A DNA stretch of 45,962 nucleotides, taken from the sequence record DRR378314_2631; one strand, given 5' to 3'. The notes beneath the pieces were generated by a model. The model had not been told where the DNA came from, did no database searches, and saw nothing but the letters and a program-made list of their open reading frames with translations. Positions within the stretch are counted from its first letter, which is position 1; every line of letters starts with the position of its first letter. Both the position numbers and the translations under genes were made by a program. This document shows, piece after piece, positions 37,447 to 45,962 of the stretch.

Positions 37447-40420
37447 CCTGCCCTCCAGACCATTCTTTCAACCGGGATAAATGCTCATAGTCATTAAAAC
37501 GATCGACAAAACTGGGGCGCGGGCGGACAAGATAAGGGGTCGCCTCTTTATCAAATTGTGCAATCAGGCGCGACAGCCCCTCATAGGCAGCCTCAGCAAG
37601 TTCCGCAACGGTGATTTTTTTACTCGCAGGCTTAATCTCTCCTGCAGGCTCCCCGCCGCTCAAACGCAGGTATAAAAGCTCCAGAACGGTGACGGATTTC
37701 AGATTTGCAAAACCGCCCTGCGCAACCATTGCCGCTTCCAACGATAATTGGGGGGAAATGCCCGTTTCCACCTGTTTATCAGATGGGACCGAGCCGGTTT
37801 TGTAATCGATGATAGACACCTCACCAGCGCTATTTTCATCAATCCGATCCGCCGTACCGGACAAGACAAATTGCCCGCCTGGCGCCACTATTTTGATCTG
37901 TCCCTTCACTTCCAGCAGGGCCGGCTTAAACTCTTCCCGCCGTTCCCGTTCAAATTCAACAAACCACTTGGCGATCCGCTCAAACCGCGGCCACCAGAAC
38001 GCCCAGACGGCCGGATAGACCAGAACATCGGCAAATACGTCTTCACCAATCTTCAGTAACTCCTCTTCGGCGGTATCTGGAAGCCGGTTCGGGTAATGTT
38101 TGACAAATCTTTCCAGCGCTTCATGGATCAGGGTTCCCTTCTCGGCGCCGCCCGGGGGCATCCCGATCTCATCAAGAGGTCGAAGTCCCAATATGGCATC
38201 CGCGAAAATGGAATAGGGATCCTTGATCCATTTTTCAATCCGCGTAACGGAAAGCCGCCGGGGCCGGGCTGCCAAGGGTGGTGTTGGACGCGGTGGGTCA
38301 ATGGGCTTAACCGCGATCGGCCGGTCCATCCGCCCCTGCCAATCCTGCCAATTCAGGCTTTCTTCACCCTCTAGGCTCTGCTCATTTTTGCGAAGCAGGG
38401 TTTCAATGCGTAGCAGCCATCTGCTTGGGACGGTTGGCGCACCATCCAGTTTTTCAGCGCGCGTCAAAATCACTTCCCTGGCGCAGAAAGCCTGCTGAAA
38501 ATCATGGGCAGACAGACCGATTTTCTTCTCGGGCAACGGTAGATTAAAATCCTGCCGCATCGGCCGGCTCATCCACGGATCACCAGCCTGCTCCGGCGGC
38601 CAGCTCCCTTTATTGAGGCCCCCCAGGATCATCCGATCCGCGCGCTGCAATCGGGCCTCTATCGGGCCCCAGATCTGCAAACGGGGATGCTGTCCATATC
38701 GGCTGCGGACCATCCGTCCAACCATCAGACTATCCAAAAGCTCTGCCCAGCTTTCCGGCTTGACCGCGCCGGCAATATCCGACGCCCGCAATAGCTCCGA
38801 GATGAAGCCAGCGGCGCTTTCACCAAAATGGCCATACCATAAATTCGGTTCTGTCGTCTCCGCTATGGTGGACAGCTGCTCTGCAAACCGGACATGGGTT
38901 TTGACCAGTGTTTCGAACGGCACTTCCGGTTCCGCCATAACCTCTGCAAACGGGCGGACCAATTCGCTAAATGCTTCAAACCAGGTCATTAGCTCATCGG
39001 AAATTTTACCCTGTTTCTGCTTTGATATCATCAGTGCGTGTAAACCCGGCAGCCCTTCTGCGGGCCGCGGGCCGCGCAGCACATTTCGTTCAAACTCTCG
39101 AATGAGCCGCCGAAAAACGCCTTTGCTATATCCCATAGCTGCATAAGGATGCTTCAGTGTCGATAACAGCACCAAAGGATCAAAACGTTCCGCCGCCAGT
39201 CGCGCCGTCAATCGCAGGAACACCCCCGGCGGTGATTGCTCCAGACTGGAACCGGCACTGTCATCCACTTCAATATTCCAGCGCTTTAATTCGGCCACAA
39301 CCCGGCGGGACAAATCCCGATCCGGTGTGACCAGCGCTGTGGTCTTGGCCGGTGTTTCAAGAGATTGGCGCATGGCAAGGGCAATGACCTGTGCCTCGGC
39401 TTGAGCCCCGGCACAATCAATTTGCAGGATATGTCCAAGTTGCTGCACATCCGGTACGGCTTTGTCCTGCCATTTCTCTGTAGTGACAGCGGGACGCATG
39501 GCCTCCGACAGGAAAGCTGCGCGCTGGTCGGGGCAGCTTTGCAAGCCCTCCAGCTTTAAATCGACAACCTCTGTCCGACTGATCCCCATTTTATCCAGAA
39601 GGCGGGACAAGCCATATTGCGGATGGCTGGCATCCTGTTGGACCGCCTCCCAACTTTGGGCATCAAGATGTTTATCAAGGCCGGGTAAAATTACCATACC
39701 CCGCGGTAACCCTGAAACGAGGGTCAGCATCTCCGCCGTGGCCGGGATAGAACCGGTAGAGCCCACCGCAAGGACCTCACCTTCAGGTGGGTTTTTTCGC
39801 CATTCCTCTATTTGCAATCGAAGCAGCAGGTCCCGGCGACGCGCTGGATCAATCGCACCTTCCTCCTGCAAAATGGCGGGCCAGACATCGCTGATGATTT
39901 TCAAAAATTCCAGCGTCACCTGCCAGTGTTCGGCATATTCATCGGGCACCAGCGCCTTCAGCCCCTCTAATTCAAGCCCTTCTGTCTGAACCTGATCCAA
40001 TAGGCGCGATAGTTCAATGGCAAGCCCGGCAGCCCGCGAAAGGTCATAAGATTGGGGATCCCGCGTGGCAATTAACCGCGACAACAAAAGCTGACGCCTG
40101 AGGCCATCAATAGCCGGGGGAAGTTCCAGCGCTTTTTGCTGATCCCCGCTTAAATCCCCCTCCAGTGCCAGTTCATCTTCATCCACATCACCCAAAGGCC
40201 GCATTCGAGGTAGAAGCAACGGCTTTCCGCCTGTTTCACGCAAAAACGCATTTTGTAGAGCCCGGGAGGCCCGCCGGGTCGTGGTCAGGATCGTAAGATC
40301 GCCAAGTTGGCTCAGATCCGCCTGATATCGGGTCAGCAGATAACGCGCCAGACTATCCACAAACGGATACTCCGGCGGAATATTCAAAACAGATGCTGTA
40401 GTATCGTCATTCTCAGTCAC
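37439..40420 (-). CDS. addB: Double-strand break repair protein AddB
   Basis: GSTGSIPATA, HPQY, WGPIEARLQ, C-terminal ADRID...DYKTG nuclease; adjacent to addA. Confidence 0.95.
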   Translation of the reverse strand: MTENDDTTASVLNIPPEYPFVDSLARYLLTRYQADLSQLGDLTILTTTRRASRALQNAFLRETGGKPLLLPRMRPLGDVDEDELALEGDLSGDQQKALELPPAIDGLRRQLLLSRLIATRDPQSYDLSRAAGLAIELSRLLDQVQTEGLELEGLKALVPDEYAEHWQVTLEFLKIISDVWPAILQEEGAIDPARRRDLLLRLQIEEWRKNPPEGEVLAVGSTGSIPATAEMLTLVSGLPRGMVILPGLDKHLDAQSWEAVQQDASHPQYGLSRLLDKMGISRTEVVDLKLEGLQSCPDQRAAFLSEAMRPAVTTEKWQDKAVPDVQQLGHILQIDCAGAQAEAQVIALAMRQSLETPAKTTALVTPDRDLSRRVVAELKRWNIEVDDSAGSSLEQSPPGVFLRLTARLAAERFDPLVLLSTLKHPYAAMGYSKGVFRRLIREFERNVLRGPRPAEGLPGLHALMISKQKQGKISDELMTWFEAFSELVRPFAEVMAEPEVPFETLVKTHVRFAEQLSTIAETTEPNLWYGHFGESAAGFISELLRASDIAGAVKPESWAELLDSLMVGRMVRSRYGQHPRLQIWGPIEARLQRADRMILGGLNKGSWPPEQAGDPWMSRPMRQDFNLPLPEKKIGLSAHDFQQAFCAREVILTRAEKLDGAPTVPSRWLLRIETLLRKNEQSLEGEESLNWQDWQGRMDRPIAVKPIDPPRPTPPLAARPRRLSVTRIEKWIKDPYSIFADAILGLRPLDEIGMPPGGAEKGTLIHEALERFVKHYPNRLPDTAEEELLKIGEDVFADVLVYPAVWAFWWPRFERIAKWFVEFERERREEFKPALLEVKGQIKIVAPGGQFVLSGTADRIDENSAGEVSIIDYKTGSVPSDKQVETGISPQLSLEAAMVAQGGFANLKSVTVLELLYLRLSGGEPAGEIKPASKKITVAELAEAAYEGLSRLIAQFDKEATPYLVRPRPSFVDRFNDYEHLSRLKEWSGGQDE

Positions 40421-41135
40421 TGGATTTCAGATAGTCTTCTGCCTCTTTCAAGGCCGGTTCCGTTCCCACATGAAGCCATATACCATCATGCACAGCGCCG
40501 AAAAGTCGGCCCTGCCGGGCAGCCTTGTCAAACATCACATTCATGGAAAAGGCCCCTTTTTCCATATCATCAAAAAGATGCGGGCTCACGACCTGCAACC
40601 CCGCATAGATATAGGGTGCCTGTTCGCCGCTTTTGGGGCGATGCAGCCGCCCTTCTGCATCAATTCGATAATCCCCGGCCCCGTCATAGCCAAAGGCTTT
40701 ATCTTTGGGTTGCAACAGAAGGAGGATATCCATTTTCGAAGCATCCCATTTGCTGATCAAATCTTTCAGGGAGGTTTTCGCCCTGTTCTGAACAATTATA
40801 TCCGAATTCAAAACAGCAAATGGCTGACCCTTGAAATGCGGTAACGCTTTTTGAACTCCGCCGCCCGTCTCCAGCAGTTCGGCACGCTCATCGGAAATCG
40901 TTATGTTGAGATCTGAAATATGGCGAACATGGGCTTCAATCTGGTCTGGCAGGTAATGACAATTGACCACCACATCTTCAATTCCCGCGTTTCGAACCAG
41001 ATCAAAGCTATAATCGATCAGGGGCGTTCCTGCCACCTCAATCAGTGGCTTGGGCCTATGATCCGTTAACGGTCGCAATCGTTTTCCAAGTCCTGCGGCC
41101 AGCACCATCGCTGTTGAAACCTCCTGACCGCTCAT
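40413..41135 (-). CDS. murU: Nucleotidyltransferase, MurNAc-1-phosphate uridylyltransferase-like
   Basis: LAAGLGKRLRPLT...PKPL, LLETGGG, WLHVGT; next to amgK-like gene. Confidence 0.8.
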   Translation of the reverse strand: MSGQEVSTAMVLAAGLGKRLRPLTDHRPKPLIEVAGTPLIDYSFDLVRNAGIEDVVVNCHYLPDQIEAHVRHISDLNITISDERAELLETGGGVQKALPHFKGQPFAVLNSDIIVQNRAKTSLKDLISKWDASKMDILLLLQPKDKAFGYDGAGDYRIDAEGRLHRPKSGEQAPYIYAGLQVVSPHLFDDMEKGAFSMNVMFDKAARQGRLFGAVHDGIWLHVGTEPALKEAEDYLKSSD

Positions 41136-42106
41136 AACACGACCTCATCCAGATTATTGCCCAGGGTTACTTTGATCCAATGTTTGAGAGCAACCAGATC
41201 CGGGTGGGCCAGGTTATTGTTCAAATACCCCAGAACCCGGGGCATGAAGCGAGAATAGCGATCCTTGTTCTGCAGTTTGGAAAGTCGGGTAAAGATACCC
41301 AGAATGCGAAGACATCGATGCGCCCCGACTATGGAATAGCTTCTCAACAACGCCTTCTCATCGATATTTGTTTTGGATGCGTAATGATTGACCATAGCTG
41401 TTGCCAGCTCTGGGGAGACCATCCGGCGGGCATCCTGCAGCAGTGACGCCAGATCATAGGCGGCTGGACCGGTCATCGCATCCTGATAGTCAATCACCCC
41501 CAGTTGACGAAGCCCCTTCCGGCCTTCCAGAAAAAACAGGTTTTCCGCATGAAAATCCCGATGAAGAAAGACTTCTTTATCGTCAGAGAGAAGCTCAAAA
41601 AGCTCCCGCCAGATCTGTTGAAAGAAAAAACGGGCGTTATCCGGCAAGGCTTCTCCCAAAATATCCGGCACGTACCAGTCTAAAAACAGAGCATTCTGGT
41701 CCAGAACATAGGACTGAGAATAATAATTCAGGCCTGTTGGGGTTTCCTGTTTTGTCAAATCGACAAGAAAATCAACGGCCAAACTATACAGCTTCATTTC
41801 TTGATCAGGCGCAGCCTCCAGAATTCGCGCGAACAAATCATCCCCGAAATCTTCGAGCAGCAAAAATCCCTCTTTTGAGCCGTCCTGCAAGATCTCTGGT
41901 GCGCTATATCCCCAATCCTGCAGGGTTTTTGTGATCTGCACAAATGAGTCCATACCGGGTTGATCTGCATCGACCATCAAGATCGCAGTGGACCCACCTT
42001 GCGAGATCCGCTCATACCGCCGGCTGGAGGCATCACCAGCAAGTTTATGACGTTTTGATCCATCATATCCGGCCTGCTTTAGGAATTCTTCTGCTGAAAT
42101 GCTCAT
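41132..42106 (-). CDS. amgK: Aminoglycoside phosphotransferase-fold kinase, anomeric MurNAc/GlcNAc kinase-like
   Basis: LAGDASSRRY, LLEDFGD, HRDFHAEN, IDYQDA, LGIFTRL; ATG 42106 overlaps the tsaE stop. Confidence 0.8.
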   Translation of the reverse strand: MSISAEEFLKQAGYDGSKRHKLAGDASSRRYERISQGGSTAILMVDADQPGMDSFVQITKTLQDWGYSAPEILQDGSKEGFLLLEDFGDDLFARILEAAPDQEMKLYSLAVDFLVDLTKQETPTGLNYYSQSYVLDQNALFLDWYVPDILGEALPDNARFFFQQIWRELFELLSDDKEVFLHRDFHAENLFFLEGRKGLRQLGVIDYQDAMTGPAAYDLASLLQDARRMVSPELATAMVNHYASKTNIDEKALLRSYSIVGAHRCLRILGIFTRLSKLQNKDRYSRFMPRVLGYLNNNLAHPDLVALKHWIKVTLGNNLDEVVL

Positions 42107-42588
42107 CCCTGCAGATGCTTTCTCATTGTTTTCAAACGCGTATTCCAATTCTTATCACCCTTAAGCCGAATAATCCGACTGGTGGGTTGATCACCAAGTT
42201 CAATCTCAACTTCCAAGGCATCTTGAGGCGCCAAGTCGGCAAGCCGCTCCACCCATTCCATCAAGGTAATTGCCGTTTCATAAGCCTCTTCAACATCCAG
42301 CTCCCAAACCTCTTCAGGATCTTCAAGGCGATAAAAATCATAGTGATAAATCGGCCCTTTCATCCCCTCATAGGTCAGTAGCAGGTTAAATGTCGGGCTG
42401 GGAACTTCAATATCAGCGCCACATAAAGCTCTGATGACAGCCCGGGCAAAAGCTGTTTTCCCAGCGCCCAGGGTTCCGTTCAGAAACACCACATCCCTGA
42501 TGTTCAGATGCGTTGCAAGCTCCCTTGCAAAGGCCGCAGTCGCCTTTTCTGACGAAACAGTATGAGTGAACATGACTTCTTTTGACAT
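42103..42588 (-). CDS. tsaE: tRNA threonylcarbamoyladenosine biosynthesis ATPase
   Basis: GTLGAGKT, VPSPTF, HYDFYRL, MEW. Confidence 0.95.
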   Translation of the reverse strand: MSKEVMFTHTVSSEKATAAFARELATHLNIRDVVFLNGTLGAGKTAFARAVIRALCGADIEVPSPTFNLLLTYEGMKGPIYHYDFYRLEDPEEVWELDVEEAYETAITLMEWVERLADLAPQDALEVEIELGDQPTSRIIRLKGDKNWNTRLKTMRKHLQG

Positions 42589-42597
42589 CTGGGAAGA

Positions 42598-44685
42598 TTA
42601 GCTGGGTTTTGCCTCTAGGCACAGACTATTTGGCAACTGGCAGAAAATAGTTGTGCCGACATTCTCTTGCGATTCCAAAGTCACCGTCCCACCGTGCATT
42701 TCAACAAAACTCTTAACCAGCGAAAGACCAATGCCGGCACCCGCGTTTTCCTGCGTGGTATCCCCTTTGGCAAAGCGCTCAAAAATGCGCTCCTTGGCCT
42801 CTTCAGAGATCCCAATACCCGTATCTTTAACTTGGATCAATATTCCCTCTTCCGTGCGGGTTGCCATCAGTTTCACTTCCCCGCCCGGATCCGTGAATTT
42901 GATCGAGTTACTGAAGAGATTAAAAATGACCTGTTTGATCCGCCGTTCATCCAAAGAGGCCCACCCCAAATCATCCGAGATTTCAAAATCCAGATTAATC
43001 CGGCGTTTTCGGGCCCGATCATGGACCAAAGTGACAACATTGGCGAGCATTGCATGAAGATCCACAGGCTCCAGCTCCAACTCGATCTTCCCCGCCTGAA
43101 TATTGGCCATATCCAGAATGTCGTTAATCAAATGCAGAAGATGATTTGAACTATCCAGAATGCCCTGCCCATATTCGGTCTGCTTTTCATTAAGGGGTCC
43201 AAAGAACTGTTTCACCAGAATTTCTGCAAACCCGATGATGGTATTCAAAGGGGTTCGAAGTTCGTGACTTACACTCGCCACAAATTCTGTTTTCATGCGA
43301 TCCGCCGCTTCCAGCGCTTCATTTCGCTCGGTCAGCATCCGCTCAACCCGAAGCTGGTCAGTCACATCCAGATAGGTGAACAGAACATTTCCATCGGGAA
43401 GGGGCACCCGGTTATAATTGACGTTTCGATCCGAAAGATGCCTCAGTTGACCTGCGTATGCATCCCGGCGGGTCACATTTGCGATATACCGGTCTCGCAG
43501 ATCATTGGTATTTTCCATTTCCCAAAACTCGAAGACTTTATCGACAAGAACCGAGATGTGAAGATCTTCCTCAAGAAAATCCTCTGGAATTCCCCAAACT
43601 TTGCTAAAACCGGCGTTATAAAGCTTCAACCGCGCGTCCGAGCCGAACACAGCGACAGCCTCATAGAGATTATCCAAGGTCGCACGCTGCACCGCAGTTT
43701 GAGTGTTATGGGCCCGCTCCAGGACCATTTTATCGGTCACGTCTTCGAACATGAAGAAAAGCCCACCTTTAGAATGGGGGGCAATGACCGTCCTCAGCAT
43801 GGTTTCATCGGGCAGTTGAACCAGCTCTTCCTGGGTTTGAATCAAATTGGTAAAAAGCGCTTTGCGTTTAGATTTATAAGCTGAAAAATCGGCCTGTTCC
43901 GGCAACCGGCGAAGCTCCCGCTGCTTGTCCAGCACCTCCAGGATGGTGGGGCGTTCCTCCAGAAAACTATCACTCAGTTTCCAGAGCTTTGCATAGGTTT
44001 GATTGTAAAAATCCAGCCGCAGATCTGGTCCATAAATAGCAATCGCCGTTGTGATATTTTCCAGCACGCTTTCCTGACCACGCATATGCTCATTGATATC
44101 CTGGGCCATTTGCTCTTGGCGGGTGACATCCTCGGCAAATCCAGCAAGCTGGTTCTCAAATTCCAGAGGAACTTCATAAACTTTATAACTGTGCAGGTCA
44201 CCACCAACGACAAAACGGCGCATTTCTGACTGCATATTCTGGGTGACGCGGGCGCGGGCGGCCAGCTTGCGAGATTGATCCGGTTCTCGCTTGGACGCAA
44301 GCTCTGGGATATCGCCAATGGAATTGGCAGTTCCTACAATCTGGCCATATTGGGTATTGTGCCAGATAATTCGAGACTGCTGATCCCGGCGCCAAATCGG
44401 ATATGGTGCTGCATTGAGCAGATCAATAAAATCATCCCGCTCTGCACGTGTGTCCATCAGGATGGATTTTGTACTGAGGAGTTCCCGGTCTTTTTCTTTC
44501 TTTTGGTTCTGGACAAGTTCCAGCTCATCTTCAAGAAGTTTCACGCGCTCGGAAATCTGATCACTCTGAGCCAGTAGGGATAAGGCCTTTTTCCGCATCA
44601 CAAAAAGGGCCATAGCAAGAATGATGACAATCAACACGGTCAGCCAGATAATAATCAGCTCTGTAGATGAATAATCAACTGCCAT
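42598..44685 (-). CDS. Multi-PAS sensor histidine kinase at the DivL syntenic position
   Basis: N-terminal TM, coiled coil, PAS-like repeats (RRLPEQADF), H-box SHELRTPL, N/G1/F/G2 boxes; between ahcY and tsaE. Confidence 0.88.
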   Translation of the reverse strand: MAVDYSSTELIIIWLTVLIVIILAMALFVMRKKALSLLAQSDQISERVKLLEDELELVQNQKKEKDRELLSTKSILMDTRAERDDFIDLLNAAPYPIWRRDQQSRIIWHNTQYGQIVGTANSIGDIPELASKREPDQSRKLAARARVTQNMQSEMRRFVVGGDLHSYKVYEVPLEFENQLAGFAEDVTRQEQMAQDINEHMRGQESVLENITTAIAIYGPDLRLDFYNQTYAKLWKLSDSFLEERPTILEVLDKQRELRRLPEQADFSAYKSKRKALFTNLIQTQEELVQLPDETMLRTVIAPHSKGGLFFMFEDVTDKMVLERAHNTQTAVQRATLDNLYEAVAVFGSDARLKLYNAGFSKVWGIPEDFLEEDLHISVLVDKVFEFWEMENTNDLRDRYIANVTRRDAYAGQLRHLSDRNVNYNRVPLPDGNVLFTYLDVTDQLRVERMLTERNEALEAADRMKTEFVASVSHELRTPLNTIIGFAEILVKQFFGPLNEKQTEYGQGILDSSNHLLHLINDILDMANIQAGKIELELEPVDLHAMLANVVTLVHDRARKRRINLDFEISDDLGWASLDERRIKQVIFNLFSNSIKFTDPGGEVKLMATRTEEGILIQVKDTGIGISEEAKERIFERFAKGDTTQENAGAGIGLSLVKSFVEMHGGTVTLESQENVGTTIFCQLPNSLCLEAKPS

Positions 44686-44821
44686 AGCCTAGGTCCAAGA
44701 CCCTCTCCCCTTTTTCCAGTCAGTTGAAAACTTTATTGACCGGTATAACCCACTTGAATCGGTGGTATCAAATAATAGTGAGAAAGATCAAACTTTTATC
44801 ACTTTTTTCGGAAATCAACAT

Positions 44822-44853
44822 AAAAAAGGCTGGCAAGTGTGTTTGCCAGCCTT
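44822..44853 (-). terminator. Intrinsic terminator after ahcY
   Basis: AAAAAA-GGCTGGCAA-GTGTGT-TTGCCAGCC hairpin. Confidence 0.85.
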
Positions 44854-44876
44854 CACTTCCCGATGAAAATCAGGAA

Positions 44877-45962
44877 TTAGTAGCGATAATGATCCGGTTT
44901 GAACGGGCCTTGCTGCTCAACACCAATGTAGGCGGCCTGCTCATTGGAAAGGGTTGTCAACTCAACACCCAATTTCCCCAGATGCAGGATAGCGACCTTC
45001 TCATCAAGATGTTTTGGCAGCACATAAACTTCATTTTGATAATTGTCATGCCGTTCCCAAAGCTCGATCTGAGCCAGAACCTGATTGGTAAAGGAAGCGC
45101 TCATTACAAAGCTTGGATGACCCGTTGCGCAACCCAGGTTGACCAAACGGCCTTCGGCCAGAAGGATGATGCGTTTTCCGTCTGGAAATTCCACTTCATC
45201 AACCTGAGGCTTCACATTGTGCCAAGGGTAATTCCGAAGGGCTTCAATCTGAATTTCAGAATCAAAATGGCCAATGTTACTGACAATGGCGCGGTCTTTC
45301 ATCTGGCGCATATGCTCGATGGTGATGACGTCGATATTACCCGTTGTCGTGACAAAAATATCGCCAAGGGACGCAGCTTTGTCCATGGTAACAACTTCAT
45401 AACCTTCCATTGACGCCTGCAAGGCACAAATCGGATCAATTTCAGTGACCATTACCCGCGCGCCCTGAGACCGCAGGGAGGCCGCAGAACCTTTACCCAC
45501 ATCACCGTAACCCGCGACAACAGCAACCTTGCCGGCAACCATCACGTCAGTGGCCCGCTTGATGCCATCCACCAGACTTTCCCGGCAGCCATAAAGATTA
45601 TCAAATTTTGATTTGGTGACACTATCGTTCACGTTGATGGCTGGCACTTTCAAAGTACCGGCTTTGGCCATTTCATAAAGACGATGCACACCAGTTGTTG
45701 TCTCTTCCGACAGACCTTTGACGTCGGACAGATACTCTGGATATTTGTCATGCATGATCTGCGTCAGATCACCGCCGTCATCCAGGATAAGGTTTGGACG
45801 CCATCCGTTTGGACCCTCGATGGTTTTCTCAATACACCACCAGAATTCGTCGTCATCCATGCCTTTCCATGCAAACACCGGAACACCGACAGCGGCCATT
45901 GCGGCAGCGGCCTGATCCTGTGTTGAAAAGATATTGCATGAAGACCAGCGCACTTCAGCGCC
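44877..45962 (-). CDS. ahcY: S-adenosylhomocysteine hydrolase, 5' truncated by window edge
   Basis: [40 protein letters not shown]-terminal HYRY. Confidence 0.98.
   Translation of the reverse strand, partial: GAEVRWSSCNIFSTQDQAAAAMAAVGVPVFAWKGMDDDEFWWCIEKTIEGPNGWRPNLILDDGGDLTQIMHDKYPEYLSDVKGLSEETTTGVHRLYEMAKAGTLKVPAINVNDSVTKSKFDNLYGCRESLVDGIKRATDVMVAGKVAVVAGYGDVGKGSAASLRSQGARVMVTEIDPICALQASMEGYEVVTMDKAASLGDIFVTTTGNIDVITIEHMRQMKDRAIVSNIGHFDSEIQIEALRNYPWHNVKPQVDEVEFPDGKRIILLAEGRLVNLGCATGHPSFVMSASFTNQVLAQIELWERHDNYQNEVYVLPKHLDEKVAILHLGKLGVELTTLSNEQAAYIGVEQQGPFKPDHYRY

Noticed and set aside
34132-40844. Many 60-177 aa plus-strand ORFs
   Set aside because: All antisense to addA/addB/murU, with no SD or domain evidence
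42653-44577. Plus-strand ORFs up to 206 aa
   Set aside because: Antisense shadows of the histidine kinase
44724-45413. 229-aa plus-strand ORF
   Set aside because: Antisense shadow of the highly conserved ahcY, crosses its terminator, no recognisable motifs

Overview
Gene-dense chromosomal window from an alphaproteobacterium; the conserved ahcY-divL-tsaE-amgK-murU-addB-addA-trxA block supports this, and a marine Rhodospirillales/Sneathiella-like organism is my inference. It opens with the 3' part of tRNA-Arg(CCG). Next is a LysR-controlled 9-gene minus-strand catabolic operon: PotABCD-type ABC importer, class III aminotransferase, beta-keto acid cleavage enzyme, GNAT acetyltransferase, acetylpolyamine-type deacetylase and FAD oxidoreductase. 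This enzyme set matches the classical aerobic beta-lysine / N6-acetyl-beta-lysine route and is the best candidate for an undescribed system. The middle holds small accessory modules: XRE-cupin/BenE/SDR with a duplicated palindromic operator, a VPLPA-CTERM surface protein with CtrA-like boxes, an unannotated 41-aa lipoprotein, a cold-shock gene, a TAXI-TRAP transporter, ArsR-ArsP, AtuA-crotonase-GntR with a perfect 24-bp operator, an MCP, dusC and amn. The right end is housekeeping, including a DivL-position kinase that keeps the catalytic His. I saw no mobile elements, integrases or CRISPR arrays. All function calls come from motif recognition by eye; no searches were run.
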